A stretch of DNA of 64,000 nucleotides from an uncultured Dehalococcoidia bacterium (GTDB lineage Bacteria > Chloroflexota > Dehalococcoidia > Lucifugimonadales > GCA-2712585). The stretch lies in NCBI GenBank assembly GCA_964587385.1, contig CAZPLA010000041.1, positions 43,289-107,288 of the forward strand, given 5' to 3'. Both the position numbers and the translations under genes were made by a program. The notes below the pieces were generated by a model that was given only the letters and a program-made list of their open reading frames with translations, did no database searches and was not told where the DNA came from. Every line of letters begins with the position of its first letter. Positions within the stretch are counted from its first letter, which is position 1. Below are positions 1 through 10,026 of this stretch, one piece after another.

Positions 1-1
1 A

Positions 2-370
2 ATATCTTTTATTGCCTCAGGATTCTCTAGCAAACCTAGAGACACTGCGAAATTAATCACGGCTGCTATGGACCATCCAGGGTTCTCTATAGTTCATATT
101 CAATCGCCTTGCACTACTTACAACGATACTTACGAAATACTTAAAGGAAACCCTAAAAAAGGTATTCAGCCACTTTTGTGGAACATTACAGAAGAACATG
201 ACCCATCAAGTGCTTATTCGGCTTATAATCTTATACACTCAGGTGGATGGCCGGTGGGGATTATCTATCAGAGCAATGAAAGACCATCACTTGACCAGCA
301 GGCGGAAGAAATCCATAAGAAGGTCGGCACTAAAACAGCCCAACAATTGCTAGACAGATATAATCTTTGA
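2..370 (+). CDS. 2-oxoacid:ferredoxin oxidoreductase beta subunit, C-terminal part (5' truncated by window edge)
   Basis: Frame is open from position 2 (ISFIASGFSSKPRDTAKLITAAMDHPGFSIVHIQSPCTTYN). The 'H.GFS.V.I.SPC.TYN' motif is typical of KorB/PorB beta subunits. Confidence 0.8.
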   Translation: MSFIASGFSSKPRDTAKLITAAMDHPGFSIVHIQSPCTTYNDTYEILKGNPKKGIQPLLWNITEEHDPSSAYSAYNLIHSGGWPVGIIYQSNERPSLDQQAEEIHKKVGTKTAQQLLDRYNL

Positions 371-406
371 ATCACCCTCCTATACACATAGGATAAGGTT
401 AGTTCG

Positions 407-868
407 TTACGTTTCTAAGTCACCTAGGGCTTCATATTTGGTAGGGCATAATACACTCACTGTATCCGTGTCGAAAACCCCAGCATCATCAAATGTTCCC
501 TTTAAAATCACTTCTGAATGCGGGTTAAAGAATAAGTCCGGTACAATCCCGTCATACCTAGCCGAGACTGTTTGTCCTCCATGGGAAATGCTAAAAGTAG
601 CTGCCGTAGTCCCTTCGAATCTAGAGAATGTTCCCTCAACAAGATTGCCACGGACCATAAAGGTTTGATCATTTACCGCCCCTTCATACGAACTCAATTC
701 ATCAACCGTCAAATAATAATTTGTATTGGATGGAAATGCAGCAAATATTAAGTAAACGATCGCCAGGATCAATACTCCTATTACAAAAATAAACCTTTTC
801 CGTCCTGCTTCAGAAGTTTTTACAGGCCCAGAAGTATGGCGCAATTCTTCACTATTGGATTCCAGCAA
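407..868 (-). CDS. ccmE: cytochrome c maturation heme chaperone CcmE (CxxxY variant)
   Basis: N-terminal TM helix, 'YYLTVDE', 'Y.GIVPDLF', C-terminal 'CPTKY'; last gene of the ccm operon. Confidence 0.9.
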   Translation of the reverse strand: MLESNSEELRHTSGPVKTSEAGRKRFIFVIGVLILAIVYLIFAAFPSNTNYYLTVDELSSYEGAVNDQTFMVRGNLVEGTFSRFEGTTAATFSISHGGQTVSARYDGIVPDLFFNPHSEVILKGTFDDAGVFDTDTVSVLCPTKYEALGDLET

Positions 869-896
869 GATTTATCCCTCCATAATCGAAGATAGA

Positions 897-1079
897 TTAT
901 TCCACATCATTGCTCTGACCCTGATTCAGTTCATCTTTTAATATTCGAATCTCATTCTCAATTTCCACATGCCGACGCGTAGTCACATATAATAACCCAA
1001 AAAATATTACCCAGGCTAATGCAAAAGCGAAAAAAAGATAGGGGATGTTATTAGCTGGAGTACTTAGCAGAGCTAACAT
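897..1079 (-). CDS. ccmD: CcmD-like small membrane protein
   Basis: 60 aa with one TM helix then a charged/coiled tail; lies between ccmC and ccmE. Confidence 0.6.
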   Translation of the reverse strand: MLALLSTPANNIPYLFFAFALAWVIFFGLLYVTTRRHVEIENEIRILKDELNQGQSNDVE

Positions 1080-1089
1080 GAAGATCTCC

Positions 1090-1836
1090 TTAACTCAAAG
1101 GTTGTGAATTTTTCCTATTGTTTTTAACAGATTGCAACTTCATTTCAAGTCCTTTCATTGAAACCCTTAACCATAATAAGCATAGCATCAATGCAGTAAA
1201 TGCGATGAGAGAAAAATATAAAACGATTCTCATATCATCATTAAGGCTCCCGTCTGCAGAAGTGACCCCTACAACCAATCTCTGGTGCTGCGTGCGCCAC
1301 CAATCCACCGCAAAATAGACTATAGGCACATCAATAAATCCAATAACACCAATAATAGCGGAATATGTAGCGGCCTGTGCCCTATTAGAACTATAAGACC
1401 TTACTATATGATATCCAACATATATCATCCACAAAACTAATGTAGTAGTTAATCTAGCGTCCCAACTCCACCATATGCCCCAGATCGGTTTTGCCCAAAT
1501 AGGCCCAGTAATAAGAACTATGGTTGTAAAAATGACACCTATTTCTGCAGCAGAGCTCGCAATTCTATCGTATTTAAAATCCTTTTTCCAAAGATAGAGG
1601 ACCCCTGAAACAAAAACTATAAAGAAAGCAATAAAAGCTAGCCATGCCATTGGAACATGGAGATAAAAAATACGCTGTATATGGCCCATGATTCTTTCCG
1701 TAGGTGCCCATACGAAAATAAGATACATGTTTACAACCATCATTACTGACGAAATAAATATACTCGCATATATTAATTTCGTATTCCCAACTAGCGATGT
1801 TGGTTCACTATTCAAACCATTGGTTTTATTGATCAT
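1090..1836 (-). CDS. ccmC: heme exporter protein C
   Basis: WWD motif 'WAKPIWGIWWSWDARLT', 'YLHVP', 'WWRTQH'; multiple TM helices. Confidence 0.95.
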   Translation of the reverse strand: MINKTNGLNSEPTSLVGNTKLIYASIFISSVMMVVNMYLIFVWAPTERIMGHIQRIFYLHVPMAWLAFIAFFIVFVSGVLYLWKKDFKYDRIASSAAEIGVIFTTIVLITGPIWAKPIWGIWWSWDARLTTTLVLWMIYVGYHIVRSYSSNRAQAATYSAIIGVIGFIDVPIVYFAVDWWRTQHQRLVVGVTSADGSLNDDMRIVLYFSLIAFTALMLCLLWLRVSMKGLEMKLQSVKNNRKNSQPLS

Positions 1837-1842
1837 TAAAGA

Positions 1843-2520
1843 TTACTCCTCAACAACGAATCCAAAAGCCCATGGGCAAACTACCAAGTAAACTACATCA
1901 AATATTATCAGTATTTCGATCCATTCTCTAATATTTATGACCGAGGTTCCTCCTCCAATAATTGACATTGATGCTTCAACAGCAGCTATTAACACTGGTG
2001 TGACTATCGGAAAAAATAAAATTGGGAGCATGATTTCCCTAGCTCGAGTATTAACTGACATCGAAGCGAATAATGTTCCCACTGTCGCAAAACCCATCGT
2101 TGCCAACACCATTATTAAAATCAAGCTGAGAGATAATACATTATAGTCAAACAATACAGCAAATATAGGTAACAATAACAACTCCACCACCATCATAAAC
2201 AAAAAGAGGGACAACATTTTGCCCCAATAAAGTGAGTCTCTACTAATTGGACATAAAAGTAGTCCTTCCAAACTATCTAGTTCATTTTCGACAACAAACG
2301 AGCGCGTCATAACTAGTATTCCAGCAAAAGTAAAAGATATCCATAAAATCCCTGATGCCAGAATTTGTACAGTTGCAGGAGTTATGTCAAAAGCAAAATT
2401 GCAAATTACCAACACCAATACCGCAAATACAAATGAAGCCAATATGATATCTTTATTACGAATCTCGGTAAGAATATCTTTCCAGAGTACGAGCAACATT
2501 GGTTTAAAAAAGCTTTTCAT
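1843..2520 (-). CDS. ccmB: heme exporter protein B
   Basis: 'LWKDILTEIR', 'E.E.DSLEGLLL.P', 'REIMLPIL.FP'. Start placed at the ATG overlapping the ccmA stop (ATGA, 2517-2520). Confidence 0.9.
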   Translation of the reverse strand: MKSFFKPMLLVLWKDILTEIRNKDIILASFVFAVLVLVICNFAFDITPATVQILASGILWISFTFAGILVMTRSFVVENELDSLEGLLLCPISRDSLYWGKMLSLFLFMMVVELLLLPIFAVLFDYNVLSLSLILIMVLATMGFATVGTLFASMSVNTRAREIMLPILFFPIVTPVLIAAVEASMSIIGGGTSVINIREWIEILIIFDVVYLVVCPWAFGFVVEE

Positions 2521-3236
2521 GATATAAATCCAAAGTTTGCCAGCAGAGTTTTTCTCATCCACGTTTGATCTACTTCTTCCTGCTTAGCTCTATAAACTAT
2601 ATCTCCATTATTCAAAATAGCCACATCGCTACCCCATCCCAATCCAATTTCTATAGAATGAGTGGTTATAACTACAGCCCCCATCTTAGAAGTCCATGAT
2701 TTAATCAAAGATTTGACAATTTCTAACGCCACTATATCCAGTCCAGTTTCAGGTTCATCCATAAGAAGAATTGGAGGGCTATGAATAATAGCTCTGCATA
2801 TCGCTAATCGCTTCTGCATCCCATGCGATAAGTTATGTACTCGGTTATTTGAATGCCTACTAAGCCCCATTTCATTTAATACTATTTGAGATCGTTTAGA
2901 AACCTCGTCTACTCCATACATTCGACCAAAAAATACAAGGTTTTCCATACAAGTCATTTCTTGATAAACCATTGGTTGATGCCCAACCACGCCGATATTC
3001 TGCCTGATTGCAGAACGTTCTCGCCTAACATCTCTACCAGCAATGTTTATAGAGCCAGCATCCGGCCTACATTGCATTGCTAGGCTTTTCAATAGAGTAG
3101 TTTTGCCAGAACCATTTGAGCCAAAAACTGTAAGTTGTGTACCCCAATCTATCGCAAGGTCCACATTAGATAGGACAGAATTATCTCCAAAGGACTTATA
3201 TAGTCCATTCACCAATATAGCCGGTTCTACTGCCAC
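2517..3236 (-). CDS. ccmA: heme ABC exporter ATP-binding protein CcmA
   Basis: Walker A GSNGSGKTT, signature LSHGMQKR, Walker B LLMDEP; first gene of the ccm operon. Confidence 0.9.
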   Translation of the reverse strand: MAVEPAILVNGLYKSFGDNSVLSNVDLAIDWGTQLTVFGSNGSGKTTLLKSLAMQCRPDAGSINIAGRDVRRERSAIRQNIGVVGHQPMVYQEMTCMENLVFFGRMYGVDEVSKRSQIVLNEMGLSRHSNNRVHNLSHGMQKRLAICRAIIHSPPILLMDEPETGLDIVALEIVKSLIKSWTSKMGAVVITTHSIEIGLGWGSDVAILNNGDIVYRAKQEEVDQTWMRKTLLANFGFIS

Positions 3237-3464
3237 AATATTAATTTACACCCTCTGCATTTTATAGATATTAAATTATATGATAATTATACCTGAGATG
3301 ATCACCCTGTAGGGCTACTATTAGACCCGCCCATTTTAATCGAGCCAAAATCATAAACAGATTAAGTAGATTATCACAATTGTACAACCATTTAGACTAC
3401 ACTAACCATCGAAATAATTGAGCATCAAAACTTAAAATGTTAACCAAATCATCTTTTTCCGTAC

Positions 3465-3493
3465 TTGACAGCTCAAATTAAACTCACTAGTAT
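3465..3493 (+). promoter_or_regulatory. sigma70-type promoter upstream of the SAM riboswitch
   Basis: TTGACA (3465-3470), 17-nt spacer, TAGTAT (3488-3493). Confidence 0.7.
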
Positions 3494-3515
3494 CTATCAC
3501 ACAATTGAATATAAA

Positions 3516-3634
3516 CTCTTATCAAGAATGGCGGAGGGATCGGCCCTATGATGCCTGGCAACCGGCCAACGGTTTAGAAATCCGAAAGCGCGGTGCCAAA
3601 TCCGGCGACACTTGAGTTAGTCGAGAGATGAGAG
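3516..3634 (+). ncRNA. SAM-I (S-box) riboswitch aptamer
   Basis: P1 CTCTTATC/GATGAGAG with consensus elements 'ATCAAGA', 'GGCGGAGGGA-CGGCCC-ATGA', 'GGCAACC' and 'GGTGCCAAATCC'. Confidence 0.95.
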
Positions 3635-3655
3635 AGAGAAACCTTAATTATGTGT

Positions 3656-3681
3656 ACTTCTCTCTTGGGAAGTTTTTTTTT
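3656..3681 (+). terminator. intrinsic terminator of the SAM riboswitch expression platform
   Basis: Hairpin ACTTCTC-TCTT-GGGAAGT followed by a T-run. Its 5' arm (TTCTCTCT) can alternatively pair with AGAGAGAA at the 3' end of P1 to form the antiterminator. Confidence 0.88.
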
Positions 3682-3726
3682 GACTACAAAAAGGTGTTGA
3701 CTATCAATACCAGAGGTTTTCGTACA

Positions 3727-4335
3727 TTGAACCTGAAACGACCTGAACAAGTTAAAAACGCTCCTCCTATCCATGATGTCCCTCCTGGACAGTTTATTAC
3801 CGAAAAATTTCCAATCATGACTTATGACTCCACACCAAACATTGATCTTGAAAATTGGAGACTCAGGGTATTTGGTAGCGTTGAAAATCCAATGGAATTC
3901 ACATGGGAACAATTCTTAAATCTCCCATGGAAAACGGTTGAGGCTCCTTTTCACTGCGTGACACAATGGAGTAAATTAGAAAATAAATGGGAGGGAGTAG
4001 TTTTTAGTGACCTAATATCATTAGTTAAGCCACCGAAAACAGCTAGATTTGTCATTATACATTGTTATGGCGACTACACCACTAATATTCCTATTGAAGT
4101 TCTAGATGACAACCTGTCCATTTTAGCCCATAAGCATGATGGGGCAGTTATAACACCTGAACATGGCTGGCCAATGAGATTAGTTGTCCCTGAACGATAC
4201 GGATGGAAAAGTGCCAAATGGGTTAACGCTATCGAATTCGTAGAAGAAGATCGCCCAGGATTCTGGGAAATCAGAGGGTACCATAATAATGGTGATTTTT
4301 GGAAAGAAGAACGGTTCTGGCCTGAGCTATCATAG
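3727..4335 (+). CDS. sulfite oxidase family molybdopterin oxidoreductase (MsrP/YuiH-like, no signal peptide)
   Basis: 'PPGQ', 'FHCVTQWS' (Mo-ligand Cys), 'EHGWPMRLVVP', 'GWKSAKW', 'GFWE.RGYH'. The track's ATG at 3628 lies inside the riboswitch; the likely start is TTG 3727 behind GAGGT (GTG 3694 is an alternative). Confidence 0.9.
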   Translation: MNLKRPEQVKNAPPIHDVPPGQFITEKFPIMTYDSTPNIDLENWRLRVFGSVENPMEFTWEQFLNLPWKTVEAPFHCVTQWSKLENKWEGVVFSDLISLVKPPKTARFVIIHCYGDYTTNIPIEVLDDNLSILAHKHDGAVITPEHGWPMRLVVPERYGWKSAKWVNAIEFVEEDRPGFWEIRGYHNNGDFWKEERFWPELS

Positions 4336-4353
4336 AAAACTTCACTATGACAA

Positions 4354-5202
4354 TTAGATATCCATGTTACCCAGCCTACGTCCATGAAATAGATATTGTT
4401 GTGCATAACCCGCATAAGGATCAAAATAATCCTTAGCCCAATCAGCAACTTCTTCATAGGATAACTTGTCGCCAATTTTATACCACTCACTCATCGCTCT
4501 ACTAACCCATCTATCTATAGGAAAAGCCTCAAGTTTATCCATAGAAAACACCAATACACAGTCTGCAATTTTTGCACCTACTCCAGGCAATTCCATCAAA
4601 GTATCTTTTGCTTGCTGATAAGACATTGAATGGACTACATCCAAATTTAAATCTCCTTCAGCCACTTTCTGTGCAGCAACAGCAACATATTTAGCTCGAA
4701 ACCCGAGTCCCAATTGTCTGAGGAAATCAACTCCGGCAGTAGCAATGGCTTCCGCTGTAGGAAATGTATTCCTAGTTTCACCAAGTAATTTGACAGGTTT
4801 ACCCAATGCATTGGATAGAGACTCCATGTTTCTACCGATTCTCGGGATATTAGAAATGGAAGAACAAATAAAGGCACACAAGCATTCCCATGGTTCTTGT
4901 CTTAATAGTCGCATTCCAGAATATACTTCCAGCATTTTTTCAATGCGTGAATCCTTAGATATTGAACCGTATATCTCCAATAAATCATCATCGAGTCTAA
5001 AATAGCTATTCAATAAACCTTTGAGTTGCTTTGGCCCCTTTGGTGCGGAAAACACCTCTATGTTTCCTGCATATTGTCGAATTTTTATAAGATTTCCATA
5101 AATCACACCCCAATACCATCCATCATTCCATCGCCACCTATGAGCCTGACCACTTTCAAGCGTAGCTTGCAGATTAAAGGGTTCCGGAAATTGCATTCTC
5201 AT
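4354..5202 (-). CDS. ogg: 8-oxoguanine DNA glycosylase (OGG1-like)
   Basis: 'LESGQAHRW', 'LLRQEPWECL', HhH-GPD motif 'LPGVGAKIADCVL...FPID', 'YAGYAQQYLF'. Confidence 0.9.
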   Translation of the reverse strand: MRMQFPEPFNLQATLESGQAHRWRWNDGWYWGVIYGNLIKIRQYAGNIEVFSAPKGPKQLKGLLNSYFRLDDDLLEIYGSISKDSRIEKMLEVYSGMRLLRQEPWECLCAFICSSISNIPRIGRNMESLSNALGKPVKLLGETRNTFPTAEAIATAGVDFLRQLGLGFRAKYVAVAAQKVAEGDLNLDVVHSMSYQQAKDTLMELPGVGAKIADCVLVFSMDKLEAFPIDRWVSRAMSEWYKIGDKLSYEEVADWAKDYFDPYAGYAQQYLFHGRRLGNMDI

Positions 5203-7999
5203 TGGAGTAATCCCACCAATTGCTTATATAATCACCAATTAACGATATAGACCCTGTCTCAAAGGTGCAAGGTGGCAAAGAATCAAGAAATAAGTGACCG
5301 TAGCGTTTATTTAACACCCTGCTATCCATAACAACTACAATCCCTCTATCCCTACTATTTCTGATCAACCTACCAAAACCCTGACGAAATCTTAACACTG
5401 CCTGTGGAAGTGCATATTCAACAAACGCATTTTGATACTGTTCACTGCGTGCAGCAAAAATGGGATCTGTCGGCACATTAAATGGAAGTCTAACTAAAAT
5501 CAATGCCTTCAACAGCCCATCGGGCACATCGACTCCTTCCCAAAGACTACTAGTTCCCAATAAGATGCTTTTGGGTCGTTCTATAAATCTTTGTACTACT
5601 CTGTGAGCTGATCCATCTATACCTTGGGCCAAAACATTGATCCCGTTTCTCTCTACGGTATCTATAAGTGTTTGCCTTGCAGCCCTTAATGCAGAATGTG
5701 AAGTGAACAATGCTAATGTATGGCCATTTACGGCACTTACTATAGAAGCTAAGCCCCTTTCCACAGTTTCTTTATACCCTTTTACCCCAGGCTCAGGCAC
5801 ATCCTTTGGAACAACAACAAGAGCAGCTTTTTTATAATCGAAAGGTGACCCCAAAGAAACTTCATCTGCTTCTTTTAATCCAAGTCTGCTCCGAATAAAA
5901 TCAAAGTTTTCTCCTATGCTTAAAGTCGCTCCACAGAGAACGACCATATCCTTCTTATCAAAAAGCCCTCTTTCCAAATACGCGTCTACCCGCATTGGAA
6001 CTGAGTGAAACGTTAGCATTGAATCATTTTTTTGAGTAATCCAGTCAATCCTGTCCTCTCCTGCATTCTTACCTATCGTTGATTCTAATCGCATTCTCAA
6101 TTCGGCCAATTCTTCCGCCCATGATTCAACATTATATGCCAAGGTATCCCAATCTCCCTGGTCTTTGATATCTATTAAGCCAATATAATGATTTAGTCGT
6201 TCCAAGTTGCTTTCTATTGCTCTCAAAGAAATATCACAATTACCCCAAGTCATATCAAGATTGGACCAACCTGATCCCGCCTTCATTTTATTAGTCAATC
6301 TAACCTGTGCCCTTTGATCATGGGGGTTAATTTGATCTAAGAAGAAACCCTCAAACATTGTCCATAATTGTGACCATGTGCCCCTTAATTTCGGAATAGA
6401 TTCCTCTGCCATAAAAATAAGAGATTCCAGCTGGCTCATTTGCATTTTTGATAATCCAAATTTACGTGCAATTATGCGTATTTCATTTAGCCAATTAGAA
6501 AGTCGCTCAATATGATCAGTTAACCATCCTTGTGACACCTCCCATCCCAATTGTCGAGTGGCCTCATCCTCTAACCTATGTGCTTCATCTATGATGAGAT
6601 GCTTATATTCCGGAATAAGAGAACCTCCGCGAGCCATGTCTGACAAAAGAAGGGAATGATTGACTACAATTATTTGAGCATTATCAGCTTTTTGCCTAGC
6701 ATATTTCAAAAAACAATCTCCCTCTCTTAAGCCAGGACATATTCCTTTATTTCCAGCCGAAATTCTCTCCCAGACTCCTCCATCCCTTGGACCTAATGTG
6801 ATTTCTCCACGATCTCCCGTTGTACTATCCTTTAACCAAACCAAACATTTGCTAAGCAATCGCGCCTCATCAATGTGGAGTCGTTCATTTTTAAATAGAT
6901 TAGTCAATCTCCTAACGCACACATAATTATCCCTACCCTTGAGACTTACAACGTTTACTTCACCAGGTAGAACGTGTCCATTTGCCTCGAGTACTGCCAA
7001 TAATTCAGGTAGATCTTTACTAACAAGTTGTTCCTGCAAATTGATGGTATTGGTAGATATAACTACGCGAGACCCATTCGTAATAGCAAACATTATAGAT
7101 GGCAAAATATAAGCAAGTGATTTCCCAACACCAGTACCAGCTTCTATAATCAAGTGTCTACTATCATCAAATGCTTTTGAGACTTCCTGTATCATTTCTG
7201 TCTGTTGTGGCCGATATTCAAAACCAGACAAACATTTAGATAATAAACCCTCTGATTCAGCCATAGAGCTAATTTCATCTGGAATAAACGACCTGCTAGG
7301 ACTACTCTGATCCTTCTCGGCATTTTCCTTTTTCTCTACTGCTACATTCTTAAAATCAATTCCTTCTAAGGCTTTCATTGGCCTAATGTCATGTTCTGAA
7401 AATATATCTTGAATACCCCACCCAGCTTTAGATGCGATCCAAGCTATTTGGTTAACTATTAATGGATCTAGTAAATCTAATCGTTCCATTAGCACTAATA
7501 GCAACCGTCTTGCAGTATGAGCATCATCTAAGGCTCTATGAGACCGCGGAATAGAAATGCCCAAATCTCTAGATAACAATGGTAAAGAATATTCTGTATT
7601 AGTAGGCAAAAGAATCGTGGCTAAATCCCAAGTATCATACGAAGGATTATCTAGAACAACTCCATGTTTACCCAAGAAATTAATATCAAACTGTATATTA
7701 TGTCCTACTAAAGGTAGTGAACCTATAAAATCAACTAACTGGCTACTAATTACCGCAAAAGGTGGCGCATGGGCAACATTTTCTTGAGTTATGCCGGTAA
7801 GCCTCTGTACGAATTCAGGTATAATCCCATAAGGATTAACATAGCTTTCAAAAGTATCAATAATCCGAGATTTCGAAAATTTCACTGCTCCAACTTCAAT
7901 AATATAATCTCTTTCCGAATCTAAACCAGTGGTCTCTAAATCTAGAGACACGTAAACCTTATTCATGCTTGAATCACGCAGACTCAATTGGCTAACCAC
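5174..7999 (-). CDS. dinG: DinG-family helicase with N-terminal DEDDh 3'-5' exonuclease domain
   Basis: N-terminal 'LDLETTG', 'GHNIQFD', 'HRALDDA'; helicase motifs 'EAGTGVGKS', 'DEAH', 'QGFGRLIR'. Confidence 0.92.
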   Translation of the reverse strand: MVSQLSLRDSSMNKVYVSLDLETTGLDSERDYIIEVGAVKFSKSRIIDTFESYVNPYGIIPEFVQRLTGITQENVAHAPPFAVISSQLVDFIGSLPLVGHNIQFDINFLGKHGVVLDNPSYDTWDLATILLPTNTEYSLPLLSRDLGISIPRSHRALDDAHTARRLLLVLMERLDLLDPLIVNQIAWIASKAGWGIQDIFSEHDIRPMKALEGIDFKNVAVEKKENAEKDQSSPSRSFIPDEISSMAESEGLLSKCLSGFEYRPQQTEMIQEVSKAFDDSRHLIIEAGTGVGKSLAYILPSIMFAITNGSRVVISTNTINLQEQLVSKDLPELLAVLEANGHVLPGEVNVVSLKGRDNYVCVRRLTNLFKNERLHIDEARLLSKCLVWLKDSTTGDRGEITLGPRDGGVWERISAGNKGICPGLREGDCFLKYARQKADNAQIIVVNHSLLLSDMARGGSLIPEYKHLIIDEAHRLEDEATRQLGWEVSQGWLTDHIERLSNWLNEIRIIARKFGLSKMQMSQLESLIFMAEESIPKLRGTWSQLWTMFEGFFLDQINPHDQRAQVRLTNKMKAGSGWSNLDMTWGNCDISLRAIESNLERLNHYIGLIDIKDQGDWDTLAYNVESWAEELAELRMRLESTIGKNAGEDRIDWITQKNDSMLTFHSVPMRVDAYLERGLFDKKDMVVLCGATLSIGENFDFIRSRLGLKEADEVSLGSPFDYKKAALVVVPKDVPEPGVKGYKETVERGLASIVSAVNGHTLALFTSHSALRAARQTLIDTVERNGINVLAQGIDGSAHRVVQRFIERPKSILLGTSSLWEGVDVPDGLLKALILVRLPFNVPTDPIFAARSEQYQNAFVEYALPQAVLRFRQGFGRLIRNSRDRGIVVVMDSRVLNKRYGHLFLDSLPPCTFETGSISLIGDYISNWWDYSNENAISGTL

Positions 8000-8018
8000 C
8001 TTTCTGTATGTTAACTTA

Positions 8019-8699
8019 CTACTTATATTCCGTTAATTTTTGGCCCTTCAATCCCACGGCTGGATAATATCTCCCCGACTTTAAAGCCTCGATAAATGCT
8101 TTTTCAGAACATATTTGATCCTGAAATACTGTCACGCAACGCCCAAGCCCATTGACTGAGTGGGCATCACTGCCTCCAGTTTTATATCTACCCAATTGTT
8201 GAGCCACTTTGAGAGCAAACCTATTTTCACTCTCCACGGTCCCTCCGTTTGCTACTTCGACCGCATCCACCAAGTCAAATACCTTATGTTTAGCACCATC
8301 TCCCACAGTCTTTGGAATATTCATGCCATCAGGATATAAATATATTGGTCTAGATTCATTTAGACCGCGAAATGGATGTGCCGTTATCATAAACCCATCA
8401 TTCCTATCGACAATCTTCTTTAGTTCATCCATGCGATCAATACCAGAAACATAAGTGTCTAGGCCAAAAACTAGGACATGCCCCATGTCCGTGTCAACTT
8501 CTACTCCTCTTATCAGAAGTAAATCATGTTTTTTGGCGAAATTGTTGAATTCCCCAGAATCCCACGGTTCATCATGCTCCGTAATGCAAATGCCTTCAAT
8601 CCCAAGCCTCTTTGCTTCTTCCACCATGGTATATGGCGAAAGCTTACTATCCTTACTACCTTTCGTCGTATGTACGTGAAGATCAATTACAGTTGACAT
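8019..8699 (-). CDS. PHP domain metal-dependent phosphoesterase
   Basis: 'DLHVHT', 'ITEHD', 'GVEV', 'AHPFR', 'GGSDAH'. Confidence 0.88.
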   Translation of the reverse strand: MSTVIDLHVHTTKGSKDSKLSPYTMVEEAKRLGIEGICITEHDEPWDSGEFNNFAKKHDLLLIRGVEVDTDMGHVLVFGLDTYVSGIDRMDELKKIVDRNDGFMITAHPFRGLNESRPIYLYPDGMNIPKTVGDGAKHKVFDLVDAVEVANGGTVESENRFALKVAQQLGRYKTGGSDAHSVNGLGRCVTVFQDQICSEKAFIEALKSGRYYPAVGLKGQKLTEYK

Positions 8700-8827
8700 G
8701 AGAATTCATTCTATTGTGTGACAATCGCACCGTCAATCTAGCCAAATCCCGCACGCAGTTAATAGGCAACCTTCCAAGACCATATGCTATCCTTTATAGG
8801 ATAAAAAACTAGCTCGAGGATATTATC

Positions 8828-9736
8828 ATGCAAGAGCTCATTAATTCGTTTCTAAACCATCTAGTTGTAGAGAAAGGATTTTCTCATAACACACTGGATG
8901 CATACAGGAACGACCTATACCAATTTATGGACTACGCTAAAGTGAAATTTGCCAATGCAAACGGATCTCTATCTTGGAGAGATATAGACATTGATCTCCT
9001 AACTGACTATGTTTTCGATTTGCGGGGCAAGAAAAGCTATAGGGATAGTACTACTGCTCGCAAGGTAGCAGCTATTAAATCGTTTTTTGGCTTTCTAATT
9101 GAGGAAGGAAAAGTAGACAAAGATCCTACTGAATCCCTCAGTTCTCCAAGACCTGGACGAAGTCTCCCAAAACATCTCTTAGAAGAAGAGGTTGATAGGC
9201 TGCTAGACAAAGCCAGAACCCTTAATAGCCCTGAGGGTCAAAGGGATAGAGTTATTTTAGAACTTCTGTATGCCACAGGGCTCAGAGTAACAGAATTGGT
9301 TTCTCTAAACACAGACGACATTAATCTCACTGAAGGATACGTGCGAACCATGGGTAAGGGGGGTAAGGAAAGACTTGCCTATCTTCATCCCAGAGCAATT
9401 AAAGCACTCGAAAGCTATATCAGTGACGCTAGGACTAAACAAACTGCCGATCCAAAAGAAAAAGCATTGTTCTTAAATAGAAGAGGAGAAAGACTGACCA
9501 GACAATGGATATGGGCAATACTCAAAGCGAGTGCCAAGCGAGCCAATATTAACAAGCCAATAGCGCCTCATATTCTAAGGCATAGTTTCGCAACCCATTT
9601 ACTAAGAGGCGGAGCTTCATTAAGACACGTTCAGGAGCTGTTGGGACACTCTAGTATTACAACCACTCAAATATACACTCATCTAACTAATGAGCATCTA
9701 CACAAAGAGTACGAAAAAAGTCATCCTCGAGCCTAA
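8828..9736 (+). CDS. xerD: site-specific tyrosine recombinase XerD
   Basis: 'S.NTLDAYRNDL', 'LYATGLRVTEL', 'GKGGKER', 'HILRHSFATHLL', 'LLGHSSITTTQIYTH'. Confidence 0.9.
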   Translation: MQELINSFLNHLVVEKGFSHNTLDAYRNDLYQFMDYAKVKFANANGSLSWRDIDIDLLTDYVFDLRGKKSYRDSTTARKVAAIKSFFGFLIEEGKVDKDPTESLSSPRPGRSLPKHLLEEEVDRLLDKARTLNSPEGQRDRVILELLYATGLRVTELVSLNTDDINLTEGYVRTMGKGGKERLAYLHPRAIKALESYISDARTKQTADPKEKALFLNRRGERLTRQWIWAILKASAKRANINKPIAPHILRHSFATHLLRGGASLRHVQELLGHSSITTTQIYTHLTNEHLHKEYEKSHPRA

Positions 9737-10026
9737 CTGCTAGACATAGATCTTAGTCTGATTGTGCTTATATGTACATTTTGTTCAGCTTCAAAGCCGA
9801 GTAGTATTTAAAAAAGCATGTTTAGATATCCTACAATTGCTTTTCAATGCTATAAGATGCCAACATCATTCTAAATAAAAACTGGACAATCGCATAATAT
9901 TTGATACAATCTGCCCAAACGTGATTTGGCGATAACCACATTTAATAGTTACAGTCGTAGATTGTCTCACTCTACAGCCGATTGCTATATCCAGCCAATA
10001 TGCATAACCTTGAACAGGATAAGCCA

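Noticed and set aside
3574..3912. 112-aa minus-strand ORF and the ATG 3628 start of the molybdoenzyme
   Set aside because: Both overlap the SAM riboswitch and terminator. The minus ORF is a shadow, and the real start must lie downstream of the terminator.
8828..9736. Tyrosine recombinase as the integrase of a prophage or genomic island
   Set aside because: It has XerD size and motifs, housekeeping neighbours, and no att repeats, tRNA or phage/plasmid genes nearby.
9885..9915. dif-like site near xerD (CGCATAAT)
   Set aside because: Only part of one arm resembles dif and there is no XerD arm. The segment reads better as a promoter (TGGACA-N16-TACAAT).
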